A stretch of 64,000 nt of DNA, taken from the NCBI GenBank assembly GCA_965222225.1, contig CBDCTK010000002.1, positions 2,048,001-2,112,000 of the forward strand, read 5' to 3'. This document shows positions 9,645 to 19,296 of this stretch, piece by piece. Origin of the DNA: Candidatus Poribacteria bacterium. Its GTDB lineage: Bacteria; Poribacteria; WGA-4E; JAJDTR01. Each line of letters opens with the position of its first letter. Position 1 is the first letter of the stretch. A program made the position numbers and the translations under genes. The notes under the pieces are model-generated. The model was given only the letters and a program-made list of their open reading frames with translations, was not told the origin of the DNA and searched no databases.

Positions 9645-11219
9645 CTAGTGGAGAAAGTGCCGAACGCCAGTCAACACCATAGCCATATCGTAGCGGTCTG
9701 CAGCATCAATCACCGGTTGATCGTTCACCGATCCCCCCGGTTGAATAATCGCACTCACTCCCGCCGCACCGGCTATTTCGACCCCATCGGGAAACGGGAA
9801 ATACGCATCTGACGCAAGCACCGATCGCTTCGCCCTTGCCCCCGCCTTGCGTGTGGCAATAATACATGAATCGACACGGCTCATCTGCCCGGCGCCTATT
9901 CCGACGGTCTTGGTGCCCTGCGCTAACAAAATACAGTTTGATTTGACATGCTTGCAGGATTTCCACGCAAACAAGAGCGATTCAATTTCTGAATCGGTGG
10001 GCGTGCGTTTGGTGACAACCTGCAACTCCCTCGGTTCAATCTCGTACCGATCACGGTCCTGAAGTAGTAATCCGCCGATTACATTGCGTGCCTGTTTGAC
10101 AGATGCGTGTTGTGATAACGTTCCCGTTGCCAAAATCCGTCGCTGTTTCACACGAGACAGAGCTTTCAATGCCTGTTCGGTATAGCTTGGCGCAATTATT
10201 GCTTCAACCTTTATCCCTGCCTTGGCGGCTTCCCGAATGGTGTTTGCCGTCTGGATTGTCACCTTGCGGTTCATACCGATTATACTACCGAATGCGGAAG
10301 TTCTATCGCATTCGAGCGCGTCGTTGAAGGCTTGCACCAAGTCCCCGCCGGTGGCTAACCCACACGGGTTATTGTGTTTAATAATCGCACATGTTGGAGC
10401 TTCAAAATCCTTGACGATCTCCAACGCGGATTCCAGATCGAGGATATTGTTAAATGAAAGCGGTTGACCACTTAGTTGCTCCGCCCACGCCGCACACGGC
10501 TCGGGCGACGTTTCAGTACGATAAAACGCCGCCTCTTGATGCGGGTTCTCGCCATAGCGAAGTTCCTGGACTTTTTCGTAGCGAAGATCCAAGACTTCGG
10601 GAAATTCACAGTCGGGGACATCTAAAGTGGTGAGATAGTGTGAAATCGCGGCGTCGTAACGAGTGATATGTTTGAAGGCTGCTTTTGCCAACCGAAATCG
10701 TGTTTCGAACGACAAACTGCCACCGTTCTCTCGAAGTTCATCGATAATATCGGGATATTGAGCAGGATTTGTAATCACGGCAATATCCTGATAGTTCTTC
10801 GCCGCCGCACGGATGAGCGTTGGTCCGCCGATGTCGATATTCTCAATCGCTTCTGCGAGTTCGACCCCCTCGCGTTGGACCGTCGCTTCAAACGGATAGA
10901 GGTTGGAAATAATCAGCTCTATAGGTTCAATGCCGTGCGCAGAAGTTTGCGCAACGTGCTCCGAATTGTCTCGAACCGCAAGTAGACCACCGAAAATCTT
11001 TGGGTGAAGCGTTTTTACACGCCCGTCCAGTATTTCGGGAAAACCCGTGTAGTCTGAGATTTCGCGAACCTGAACCCCGGCTCCGGTAAGGTAACTGGCG
11101 GTCCCACCGGTCGATAAGAGTTCGACGCCGTTCTGTGCGAGGATTTGGACCAGACTCAACAGGTCAGACTTGTCAAAAACGCTAATTAACGCGCGTCGAA
11201 TCTTTTCCATGATTATCAA
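9645..11219 (-). CDS. purH: Bifunctional AICAR transformylase/IMP cyclohydrolase
   Basis: RALISVFDK, STGGT, GRVKTLHP, IDIGGP, LRYGENPHQ, GAGQMSRVDS, RHFLH. Confidence 0.97.
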   Translation of the reverse strand: MIIMEKIRRALISVFDKSDLLSLVQILAQNGVELLSTGGTASYLTGAGVQVREISDYTGFPEILDGRVKTLHPKIFGGLLAVRDNSEHVAQTSAHGIEPIELIISNLYPFEATVQREGVELAEAIENIDIGGPTLIRAAAKNYQDIAVITNPAQYPDIIDELRENGGSLSFETRFRLAKAAFKHITRYDAAISHYLTTLDVPDCEFPEVLDLRYEKVQELRYGENPHQEAAFYRTETSPEPCAAWAEQLSGQPLSFNNILDLESALEIVKDFEAPTCAIIKHNNPCGLATGGDLVQAFNDALECDRTSAFGSIIGMNRKVTIQTANTIREAAKAGIKVEAIIAPSYTEQALKALSRVKQRRILATGTLSQHASVKQARNVIGGLLLQDRDRYEIEPRELQVVTKRTPTDSEIESLLFAWKSCKHVKSNCILLAQGTKTVGIGAGQMSRVDSCIIATRKAGARAKRSVLASDAYFPFPDGVEIAGAAGVSAIIQPGGSVNDQPVIDAADRYDMAMVLTGVRHFLH

Positions 11220-11427
11220 ATTGTGCTTCTAAATTGTTGGAGCATAGTGAAACCGTAGGTACATAGCCTCCTAGCCGTGAGCAGCTTGCTACATCGGGCA
11301 CTCGGTATAGTTTCGACAAGGACCTTCAGCACAAGGCAAGCAGCTAGCGAAGGATTTTCTAGACCGGGACTACCTGACACAATCACACACAATGAGTGGA
11401 AAGCGCAATCAATAAAACGCTTTCTCT

Positions 11428-11455
11428 CATGCATATAAAGACATGCATATAAAGA
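11428..11455. repeat. Perfect 14-bp tandem duplication CATGCATATAAAGA x2
   Basis: Seen directly in the purH upstream region. Confidence 0.85.
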
Positions 11456-11562
11456 AATGTGAGGCCCCCGAGCATGGCATCCTTGTCCGCGGGACGGATA
11501 ATTAAACAAACGACGCTAGGTTCCCATCACTTCCCGACAGCCCGATGTGACTCGTTATACGG

Positions 11563-11793
11563 TTATTGGGCTTCAATCGCGGAAGTAATCTGACCCGTCG
11601 TAGGAAATTCACCTGTGTCTAGCTTCGAATAAATCAAGTTCCCATTAAACGTGACTTCAAAGCATCCGCCACCACTAGGCACAAGAGCAAGTTCCTTTAC
11701 ATCGGTTCCATATTTATTGAGTAAGTCGCTCGTCATACTGACGGCTCTGGGCAAATAGTTTCAGGCGGTGCAATATTCAATTCTCAGTTCCAT
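11563..11793 (-). CDS. SelT/SelW/SelH (Rdx) family selenoprotein, CxxU motif (UGA at 11761-11763)
   Basis: RBS GGAGG; MELRIEYCTA-UGA-NYLPRA...PSGGGCFEV...IYSKLDTGEFP in a single frame. Confidence 0.9.
11728..11745 (-). promoter_or_regulatory. Putative bacterial SECIS hairpin
   Basis: GC-CGUCA-GUA-UGACG-A-GC stem-loop with a G-containing apical loop about 22 nt 3' of the UGA. Confidence 0.6.
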
Positions 11794-12107
11794 TTTTATC
11801 CTCCTATGAATTTTGGCTTCATTTTGGAAAGCATAGAGGGAAGATTTGATTGATTCCCATGGCATTAATTTTACAAGAGAATTGAACGCTGCGCAAGTGT
11901 TTTTTCGGGCGCGGAGAGGACTACTTGGTGACGGGTAACCGTTTATTGTTAGGGAAAGCGGGGCGACGTGCTCTACCGCCATTTAGATGCGACTACGCCT
12001 GAGTCCGTGTTTCGGTTGTTTTTTTTGGGAGCAATCATCTATAATAACAAATGGCAGGCGATTGTCCTCAAGTAGAAGCATATTCTGGTCGGAAAAAAAA
12101 TCAAACG

Positions 12108-13511
12108 ATGGAACTTTTTGAAGCGGTTAGTCCGCTTGATTTTAGATACTACGGCGGCAACGACGAGTTTATGCGGCGGCTAATACCGTACGTATCCGAA
12201 TCTGGTTACGTGAGATATCAGGCGAAAGTTGAAGCAGCGTTGGTGCGCACACTTGCCAACCACGGAATCTGTTCGCACGAATGCGCGGATGAAGTTGAGG
12301 GTGCGGCGGAGGAAATAACTGCCGAAGAAGTCTATGAGGAGCAGACGCGAATTCGACACAATATTCGTTCGCTTGTCAATGTAATACGGCGACGGATCAG
12401 CCCTGAGGCACGTCCTTATGTACACCTGTTTGCAACTTCAGCGGATGTACTCGATACCGCAACTGCATTGCGATTTAAGGATTTGACTCAACAAATTATT
12501 CTGCCGGATTTAATCGGGCTTGAAACACAACTTATCCAACTGGCGCGCGAGCACGCGGAAACAGTGCAGATTGGGCGCACACATGGACAGCATGCGGAAC
12601 CCATTACTTTTGGGTATGCGCTTGCACTTTACGTCAGCCGAATTGGTAACAGGATTGAGTTAATAGATCAGGCAAGCCGGAATCTACGCGGTCAGTTTTC
12701 CGGAGCGGTCGGTGCGTTCAATGGCTTATCATTGATCAGCCAAAACCCGGAAGAGATTGAGGCAGATATGCTTGCACAACTCGGCTTAAAGGCATCGGAC
12801 ACGCATACCTCAACACAATGCGTTGAACCGGAATTTATCTCGGATCTGGCTTACGCCATCACGTCGGCGTACACGATTCTTGCGAATTTCTCAGACGATA
12901 TGCGGCATCTCTATCGCACGGAAATTGCGGAGGTCGGCAGAAAATATAACCCGCAGCTCGTTGGATCTTCGACGATGCCGCACAAGGTCAATCCGGAAGA
13001 GTTTGAAAATGTGAAGAGTCTTTGGAAGGCGTTCGTACCACGCATGATGACCGTGTTCATGGACGGCATATTGGAGCACCAACGCGATTTAACAAACTCG
13101 GCGTCGAGTCGTTTCCTGACCGAATTGTTCGCAGCTTTTGACTACTCAATCTACCGTTTGAAGCGCGCACTGGACGAGTTAGAAGCTAAAACTGACAATA
13201 TGCGGCGTAATCTTGAAATGAGCGCTGGAGACACGATTGCGGAACCAATTTACCTGTTGATGGCGTATTACGGATTTCCAGATGCTTATGATTATACTCG
13301 TAAGTTGGTCGCTCAGGTGCATGAGACAGGAAAAAGCCTGACGGACCTCCTGTGGACAGACGAAACGTTCAAACTGGTTCTCGAAAAATTGACGGAAGAA
13401 CAACGGGAAGCACTTCGAGATCCGACGAAATATATTGGCGCATCCATTCAACGTACGCACGCCACGTGTGATGAATGGGAAAAGCGAATCCAGCAAATAC
13501 CTCGGGTTTGA
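12108..13511 (+). CDS. purB: Adenylosuccinate lyase
   Basis: SPLDFRY, GRTHGQHAEP, GSSTMPHKVNP, EHQRDLTNS. Confidence 0.93.
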   Translation: MELFEAVSPLDFRYYGGNDEFMRRLIPYVSESGYVRYQAKVEAALVRTLANHGICSHECADEVEGAAEEITAEEVYEEQTRIRHNIRSLVNVIRRRISPEARPYVHLFATSADVLDTATALRFKDLTQQIILPDLIGLETQLIQLAREHAETVQIGRTHGQHAEPITFGYALALYVSRIGNRIELIDQASRNLRGQFSGAVGAFNGLSLISQNPEEIEADMLAQLGLKASDTHTSTQCVEPEFISDLAYAITSAYTILANFSDDMRHLYRTEIAEVGRKYNPQLVGSSTMPHKVNPEEFENVKSLWKAFVPRMMTVFMDGILEHQRDLTNSASSRFLTELFAAFDYSIYRLKRALDELEAKTDNMRRNLEMSAGDTIAEPIYLLMAYYGFPDAYDYTRKLVAQVHETGKSLTDLLWTDETFKLVLEKLTEEQREALRDPTKYIGASIQRTHATCDEWEKRIQQIPRV

Positions 13512-13569
13512 GTGCCGATTCTCGTTTGGATCCAACCGAATTCTTTAACCTACATCCTTTGGACATGCC

Positions 13570-15477
13570 ATGACATGCCTCCACGTTATTTCCCTCCTAC
13601 TGATTCTTATTTCTCTCACTAATGGCAGGGCTATCGCTGCGATAGACCTGTACATCACTCAGCCTACTCACAATTTCACTACCACGAATCAGACTCTGGT
13701 GGTTGAAGGAGGTGTTACCTCGTCAGAACAGAACGAAATCATTGTTACAATCAACACGCCAGCAGGTGTTTCCCGTCTCTCATCAATCAGACCCTTGATT
13801 CACGCTGTCACGATGGATTTGGGTAATGTTCGGCAACTTCAAGCAGTCTTGATTCGCCCATCTATTGACCAAGCAGCCCCAACGGGGCCACAACGCATCT
13901 TCCTCACCGTTTCTCAAGATGGCACGCTATTCACCGAAGGTTACTTTGATGTTGCGGCGAGCTTAGATCCCCTCCTAGATCGGATTGTTGTGAATTTTCC
14001 GAACCCAACTGCCGCACGTTTCATTCGGATGGAACTGCTTGAAGGATGGGCGCCCGACAGAATCTTGATTGAATCGCTTGAATTCCTTGGTGATGATAAT
14101 CAAATAATCCGGCCAAGTATTAGTTCTGTATCAATCCTGCTTGACCGAACACTGGGAGCGGACATCCTTTTTTCGATTGAACTTCTCCTAAGCGAGGGCA
14201 AAAATGAGATTTCCGTTGTTGCCGCACCACTTTCCTCGCAAACCGAAGGACAAGATATTGAGACGATTTCGGTGCGATACCTTGCGGACCTTCAGAGCGT
14301 TATACCCAACGAGAATCGATTTGCGCTAAGCGATGGCGATCGAGCAAGCATCTTGGTTCCGGTTGACGCATTAGATCCCAACGTTAAAAAGATACAGTTT
14401 TTTCGTGAACCGCCGAATTACTTTGACCGATTTGACTATCAGGACAACACTCGCATTGCTCGAGGTACCTTGCCCGTACTCGTTTATCGTTTTGAAGTGT
14501 TGAAACGGGAAAACTTCGAGGTTGAAGCGACAAGTTCCCTCTCGAGTCAGCCGCCGATGTTGGCTGTGGATGGTATCTTAGAACCGCCGTCTACTTGGAT
14601 GGCAGGACTTGTCCCGCTTCCAATCCACCTGACGGTGGATCTGGGCGATTTTCATACCCTAGGTCAAATTGCAGTTCACTCCAATGTGGTTGACAATCGC
14701 TCTTTTGGTCCGCAACGTGGGACAATATTGGTTTCTAACGACAATCATGATTTCAGGGATGTATTGGATGTTCCAGCGTTCAACGATGGAGCCACAGTCA
14801 TCGAAATGCCAGCCCATATATCATGCCGGTATGTCCGCTTACTGATTACCGAGAGCATGCAGGCAAATAATGTACAATTGAACGAGGTACAATTCTTCGA
14901 TGCGTTCGGTTCAAAGATATCGAGATTTGTGGAATTCAAGCAGCTTCTGCTCGAACGCCCCGCTTTATTGGAATTCAGCTATGATCGTGCGGATTTGGAG
15001 CGCGCAGGTGTGAACCGAGAAGCCGATTTGCGGGTGTTCACATGGAATCCATCAACACACGAATGGCAGCTTGCCGGTGGTGAGGTTGACCCTGCTCGCC
15101 AAATAGTGCGCCTAGAACTCAATTATATTACCCAATTTGCGGTGTTCCAAGCGGTACCGCCACCTGAGCTTGTAGCCCGTTGGAGCCTGAACCCGTTCTC
15201 TCCGGACGGCAATGGCGTCGCGGATATCACACGATTGATGATTCCCAATTCTCGTGAAGTAGACGATGACAAACGCGAGCTCGTCGTCGAGATTTACGAT
15301 TTGCATAGTAAACTGGTTAAAACCTTGATAAATCGTTCGACTGTCATTTCAAATTCGATAAGCATTGAATGGGATGGAACAGACCGAACGGGGCGCTCCG
15401 TAGACATTGGCCCCTATATTTATCAAGTTCGTATGGGTTCGCAGATTAGCAACGGAGTCATTGTTGTCGCAAAATAA
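13570..15477 (+). CDS. Secreted protein with two discoidin (F5/8 type C)-like domains and a C-terminal FlgD/T9SS type-B-like sorting domain
   Basis: Signal peptide; LTVDLG...RYVRLLITE...QLNEVQFF; C-terminal NPFSPDGNGVAD...IYDLHSKLVKTL...WDGTDRTG...GPYIYQV. Confidence 0.7.
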   Translation: MTCLHVISLLLILISLTNGRAIAAIDLYITQPTHNFTTTNQTLVVEGGVTSSEQNEIIVTINTPAGVSRLSSIRPLIHAVTMDLGNVRQLQAVLIRPSIDQAAPTGPQRIFLTVSQDGTLFTEGYFDVAASLDPLLDRIVVNFPNPTAARFIRMELLEGWAPDRILIESLEFLGDDNQIIRPSISSVSILLDRTLGADILFSIELLLSEGKNEISVVAAPLSSQTEGQDIETISVRYLADLQSVIPNENRFALSDGDRASILVPVDALDPNVKKIQFFREPPNYFDRFDYQDNTRIARGTLPVLVYRFEVLKRENFEVEATSSLSSQPPMLAVDGILEPPSTWMAGLVPLPIHLTVDLGDFHTLGQIAVHSNVVDNRSFGPQRGTILVSNDNHDFRDVLDVPAFNDGATVIEMPAHISCRYVRLLITESMQANNVQLNEVQFFDAFGSKISRFVEFKQLLLERPALLEFSYDRADLERAGVNREADLRVFTWNPSTHEWQLAGGEVDPARQIVRLELNYITQFAVFQAVPPPELVARWSLNPFSPDGNGVADITRLMIPNSREVDDDKRELVVEIYDLHSKLVKTLINRSTVISNSISIEWDGTDRTGRSVDIGPYIYQVRMGSQISNGVIVVAK

Positions 15478-15633
15478 CCTTGGCCAATTTGTGTGAAAAA
15501 ATAGATTTTCTGTTTTATGTCACGATTTCCCAGATATTCGGTCGCGAATTTTCTCAATAATGCTGCGTCCGTCGTTTATGAACAGGAGAGAGTCCATGGC
15601 GCTCCGCGACGGATGGTATGAAGGAGAAAGCCT

Positions 15634-15927
15634 ATGAACACCGACGCCCAAACCACAGAAATCAGGAATCTTGTTGAACAAACACATGACATGGTAATCC
15701 AGATTGCCAAAGACCAGAACCAGATGCGTGGTGAGCTATAGCAGATTAATGAACGACTTGCTTCACTAGAGGGACGCATGACAGCTCTTGAAACTCGAAT
15801 GAGTAATCTTGAAACATGGATGAGTATGGAACTTCGAGATGTCTTCAAGTGGCTCCTTGGAATGATGATTTCGGTATGGATCGGAGTAATTGCCGCCCTC
15901 ATCATCCAATTTCTGAAGACAGGTTAA
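15634..15927 (+). pseudogene. Heptad coiled-coil protein with a C-terminal TM anchor, in-frame TAG at 15739
   Basis: RBS AAGGAG; RLASLEG/RMTALET/RMSNLET heptads then WLLGMMISVWIGVIAALII; one internal amber codon. Confidence 0.65.
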
Positions 15928-15929
15928 TA

Positions 15930-16889
15930 ATGAGGAGTTGGTTCGATCGAATATCTAGTCATTTGTTCGCATTTAATTCAATCGTATGTCTACTTCTCTT
16001 TCTCGATCTCTTAATCTCCACAATTCATGCAGCCTTCGACGATCAGTTCATCGGCGCTCGCGCGTATGGAATGGGCGGGGCATCAACCGCAGTCGCAAAT
16101 GAGGCGGACGGTTTATTGGTTAACCCCGCGTCAATCTCTAACACCTCCGGACAGCAGTTCTCGGCAACAATGGCATTGTTGCATGTTGGCCTGAGTGACG
16201 AGACAAGTATTACGCAGAATCTGGTTGCCTACGCCAATTCACACCCCAAACGAGGCGCGGTTGGACTGTTGTGGAAACGTCTAAACGTGAGCCAATTATA
16301 CGCCGAAAATTATGTCATTTTGGGTGCGAGTAAGAGCTATCGAATTGGCAGCGGGGGCAACCGTCACTTTTCGATTGGTGTTTCCGGCAAGTTGCTCAAT
16401 TGGGAGACGGTACCGACTCTAGGTACAAACGGCGTAGTGCTTGAAGATTTGCCCGGGCGAAGTCAATTGAGTGTTGATATGGGTTTCATTTTTCGGTCGT
16501 CGCCGAATATTCCTATCGCTGTATCGGTACAAAACTTGAATTCACCTGACATTGCGTCATCATCGTCGCCGACAAACGAAAACCTGCCGCTACAGACAAC
16601 GCTCGGCATCGGCATTCTGCGCAGAAACTCCACCTGGGGCATGGATCTCGTATTCAGCAGGCATGAAATCGACGTGAGAGTTGGGCTGGAATATCGACTT
16701 CATGGCGACAAGCTACTGGTGCGGGGTGGATTCAGACTTGAAAATTTGGCGTGGGGAACGAACCTAACAATCGGTGCCGGTTTTAGACCAAGAGAGAGGA
16801 TGCGCATTGATTATGGGTTCGTTCTGCCCAATAGCGGTATCCAAGCAACTTTCGGCAGTCATCGGTTCAGCATTGTCTACGATTTCTAA
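15930..16889 (+). CDS. PorV/PorP(SprF)-like outer-membrane beta-barrel protein
   Basis: Signal peptide, GARAYGMGGA..A......NPA motif, amphipathic strands, terminal HRFSIVYDF. Confidence 0.75.
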   Translation: MRSWFDRISSHLFAFNSIVCLLLFLDLLISTIHAAFDDQFIGARAYGMGGASTAVANEADGLLVNPASISNTSGQQFSATMALLHVGLSDETSITQNLVAYANSHPKRGAVGLLWKRLNVSQLYAENYVILGASKSYRIGSGGNRHFSIGVSGKLLNWETVPTLGTNGVVLEDLPGRSQLSVDMGFIFRSSPNIPIAVSVQNLNSPDIASSSSPTNENLPLQTTLGIGILRRNSTWGMDLVFSRHEIDVRVGLEYRLHGDKLLVRGGFRLENLAWGTNLTIGAGFRPRERMRIDYGFVLPNSGIQATFGSHRFSIVYDF

Positions 16890-19203
16890 GACGCTCTTAA
16901 TCTCGATTATTCCCTTTGCCGCGTTTTGGCTTTGCTGTACGAGCATGTTTTCGCCTGCAATTGCTCAGCAAACCGACCCTCTTGGAAATCAGGTTTTCGA
17001 CAAGAGCGGCAAGGAACTCTACAAGATGCAGGCTACTTTTGGCGTACTAGAGGGAGACTCTGTTTTGCGTCGCGATGCCGAATTTCGGAAAAAGACAAGT
17101 AATCGCAATTTTTTCACTTTCGACATTCCCGCTGAAAACGTCAATCACCAACTGACCGTTGGTAATTTCCTGACAAAGTTTTCCAGCTTCACGCTGAACA
17201 AAGAACTCTTTGACGCGGCCCGGTGGAACATCACGGTACCACGTGTTGGTGGCGGCATTTCGGCGTTTGTCGCACGTGTAACAAACAATACGTTCTCCAT
17301 TCTAGGGGAGCGAACGACGCCAATCGAGGACGTTGATATCGAAAGCACGTCAGATTGGTTCATGACGGGTATGCGTGCCGAGGCGAATCTCGGCGCATAC
17401 GATTTTCGATTGGGGGCGTATCCTGAGGTAACCGTGCCATTGCCTCGCGTAGGGGTTAACTATGTGAACCGTTTTTTTACGAACTATGACCTCACGCGTG
17501 CGAACAATCCGCTACGAGGCATCACCATCAGCAATCCACCAACCGAGTTGTTTCTTCGCTTTAGTGATGCTTCACCAGAAAATTCGGGAGGTGCACGGGT
17601 TTTTCATGTCCGTGTTTTTGTCGATGGTGTACTGGAGTACAACGTGGCGGCCGGGCAGGAACCGCTAGGAATCTTAGTTCTACCAAACGATAGCAAACGC
17701 GATGCCCGTTCGCGATGGGTTGATGGCGAGGGCACATTTACCTATAGGTTCTCCCTGTTTAACCCGCAGGAAATCACGCGGGTGCAATTTGAAGTCGATA
17801 TCGCCAACGACTATCGCGTAGATTTGTCAACAGACAATCAGAATTTTCAACTAGAGCTAAGCGCCGCAGGCAATGTCGGCGACAGTTCAAATCGTGAGAT
17901 GCGTCAATTCGACTACGGCACCCTTACAGATGAAACCGCCATGGGTTTTGACCTGCAAACCACATTGGCGGGCTTTGCAGTCGAAGCGGAATGTGCTTGG
18001 TATACTCAGACACGGCAGTACCCACTAATCGCGGGAAACCGGAGCCAACGGCGCGCGAACGCTTGGTTTGTCGACATCAATCGAAACTTTGGGCCCATCA
18101 CTTGGCGAAGCGAATACACGCGAATCGCGCCTTTTTTTACAGCTGAAAATTTCGTGGACGATAATGACAATGAGGACCGATACGCCGACTCACGTGAGCC
18201 TGAAATCCTGCTGTCGGGAAACACCAAGGATGATATAGACGGCGATCGAATCAAAGATTGGGACGACGATTTTCTTCTGTTCTTCGCAGACCCGCCCCGC
18301 TTTCGCTTGGGCTTGAATCGTGAATCCATTGATTTCAACAATAACGGCGAGCCTGATAACCTTGAGGATGATGATAAACCCAACTACCGTTTCGATTATG
18401 ATGAAGGTTCGTATGGGCATAACACCTATTTCAAGGTCAATCTTCCCTTTGCGGATGGGCTCTCAATCATTCCCGGGTATTATGTTAAGCGTCTCATCCT
18501 TGAACATAAGAGTGCGAAAGGATTCTACAATGTTTTGTCCTACGCGCCCGAGCCGATTCCCCACTTTGGAACTGTTCTTTTTCGCTACACACTTCGGCGT
18601 TCCCGTGATATTATACCCGACGATGTCGTGATCCGGAGCACGGGAGAACGAATTAAGGATAACCTGGCGCTCCAAAACTATCTCGGCAATATCTTTACTA
18701 TGATTGTTAACTATCAAAACATAAAGAATCTGATGCTCACCAGCAAGTTCAAATATCAGCGTGACAACCTATTTCACACTCGGCAACGCGTTATCGACAC
18801 TGCTCTAATCAATCAGATTCGTTACGATTATGAGGTTCTAGACGACCTGACGATTGCACCCGCTTTTCGAAGCGACCGATCCATCGGTTACACTGTCCCC
18901 TTTGAAAAGGAAAGGTCAATTGATGTCCTGCGGAATGCCTATATCGTGACGTTGACCCATCAAGTTGCGGCGCAGTTGCAGTTGAGCGCTGGTGCCCAAT
19001 ATCTTACATGGCGAGATCTCAACGATTCCCGCAACGATTTTGACCGCACCGTAGGCTTTTTTGAACTTGTGTTGCAGGGTGATGCCTTTGGTCAGAGAAT
19101 GGGACTTCTCATTACCTCGGATTATGTTATTCAGAACTTCCTTGTTCCTCTCGGCGGAGGGGAACGACGAACAAACATTGGAATCTCATTGTTCCTACTG
19201 TAG
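16873..19203 (+). CDS. Large predicted outer-membrane beta-barrel protein with acidic Ca-binding-like repeats
   Basis: Probable TTG start and signal peptide (...SPAIA|QQ); DDNDNEDRYAD, DIDGDRIKD, DFNNNGEPD; C-terminal amphipathic strands. Confidence 0.55.
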   Translation: MSTISKTLLISIIPFAAFWLCCTSMFSPAIAQQTDPLGNQVFDKSGKELYKMQATFGVLEGDSVLRRDAEFRKKTSNRNFFTFDIPAENVNHQLTVGNFLTKFSSFTLNKELFDAARWNITVPRVGGGISAFVARVTNNTFSILGERTTPIEDVDIESTSDWFMTGMRAEANLGAYDFRLGAYPEVTVPLPRVGVNYVNRFFTNYDLTRANNPLRGITISNPPTELFLRFSDASPENSGGARVFHVRVFVDGVLEYNVAAGQEPLGILVLPNDSKRDARSRWVDGEGTFTYRFSLFNPQEITRVQFEVDIANDYRVDLSTDNQNFQLELSAAGNVGDSSNREMRQFDYGTLTDETAMGFDLQTTLAGFAVEAECAWYTQTRQYPLIAGNRSQRRANAWFVDINRNFGPITWRSEYTRIAPFFTAENFVDDNDNEDRYADSREPEILLSGNTKDDIDGDRIKDWDDDFLLFFADPPRFRLGLNRESIDFNNNGEPDNLEDDDKPNYRFDYDEGSYGHNTYFKVNLPFADGLSIIPGYYVKRLILEHKSAKGFYNVLSYAPEPIPHFGTVLFRYTLRRSRDIIPDDVVIRSTGERIKDNLALQNYLGNIFTMIVNYQNIKNLMLTSKFKYQRDNLFHTRQRVIDTALINQIRYDYEVLDDLTIAPAFRSDRSIGYTVPFEKERSIDVLRNAYIVTLTHQVAAQLQLSAGAQYLTWRDLNDSRNDFDRTVGFFELVLQGDAFGQRMGLLITSDYVIQNFLVPLGGGERRTNIGISLFLL

Positions 19204-19296
19204 GAACAAGCACCTCGTGTGGGGTGAACGGAATGGATAGACGGCGACACGCGTCCACATTGATCGCGTCTGGATATTAAAAAAGGAGGAAATTAA

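Noticed and set aside
11220-11560. ZMP/ZTP (pfl) riboswitch upstream of purH
   Set aside because: The consensus GACUGGCG...GUGG..CCAC.GGG and CGCCUGGG elements could not be found
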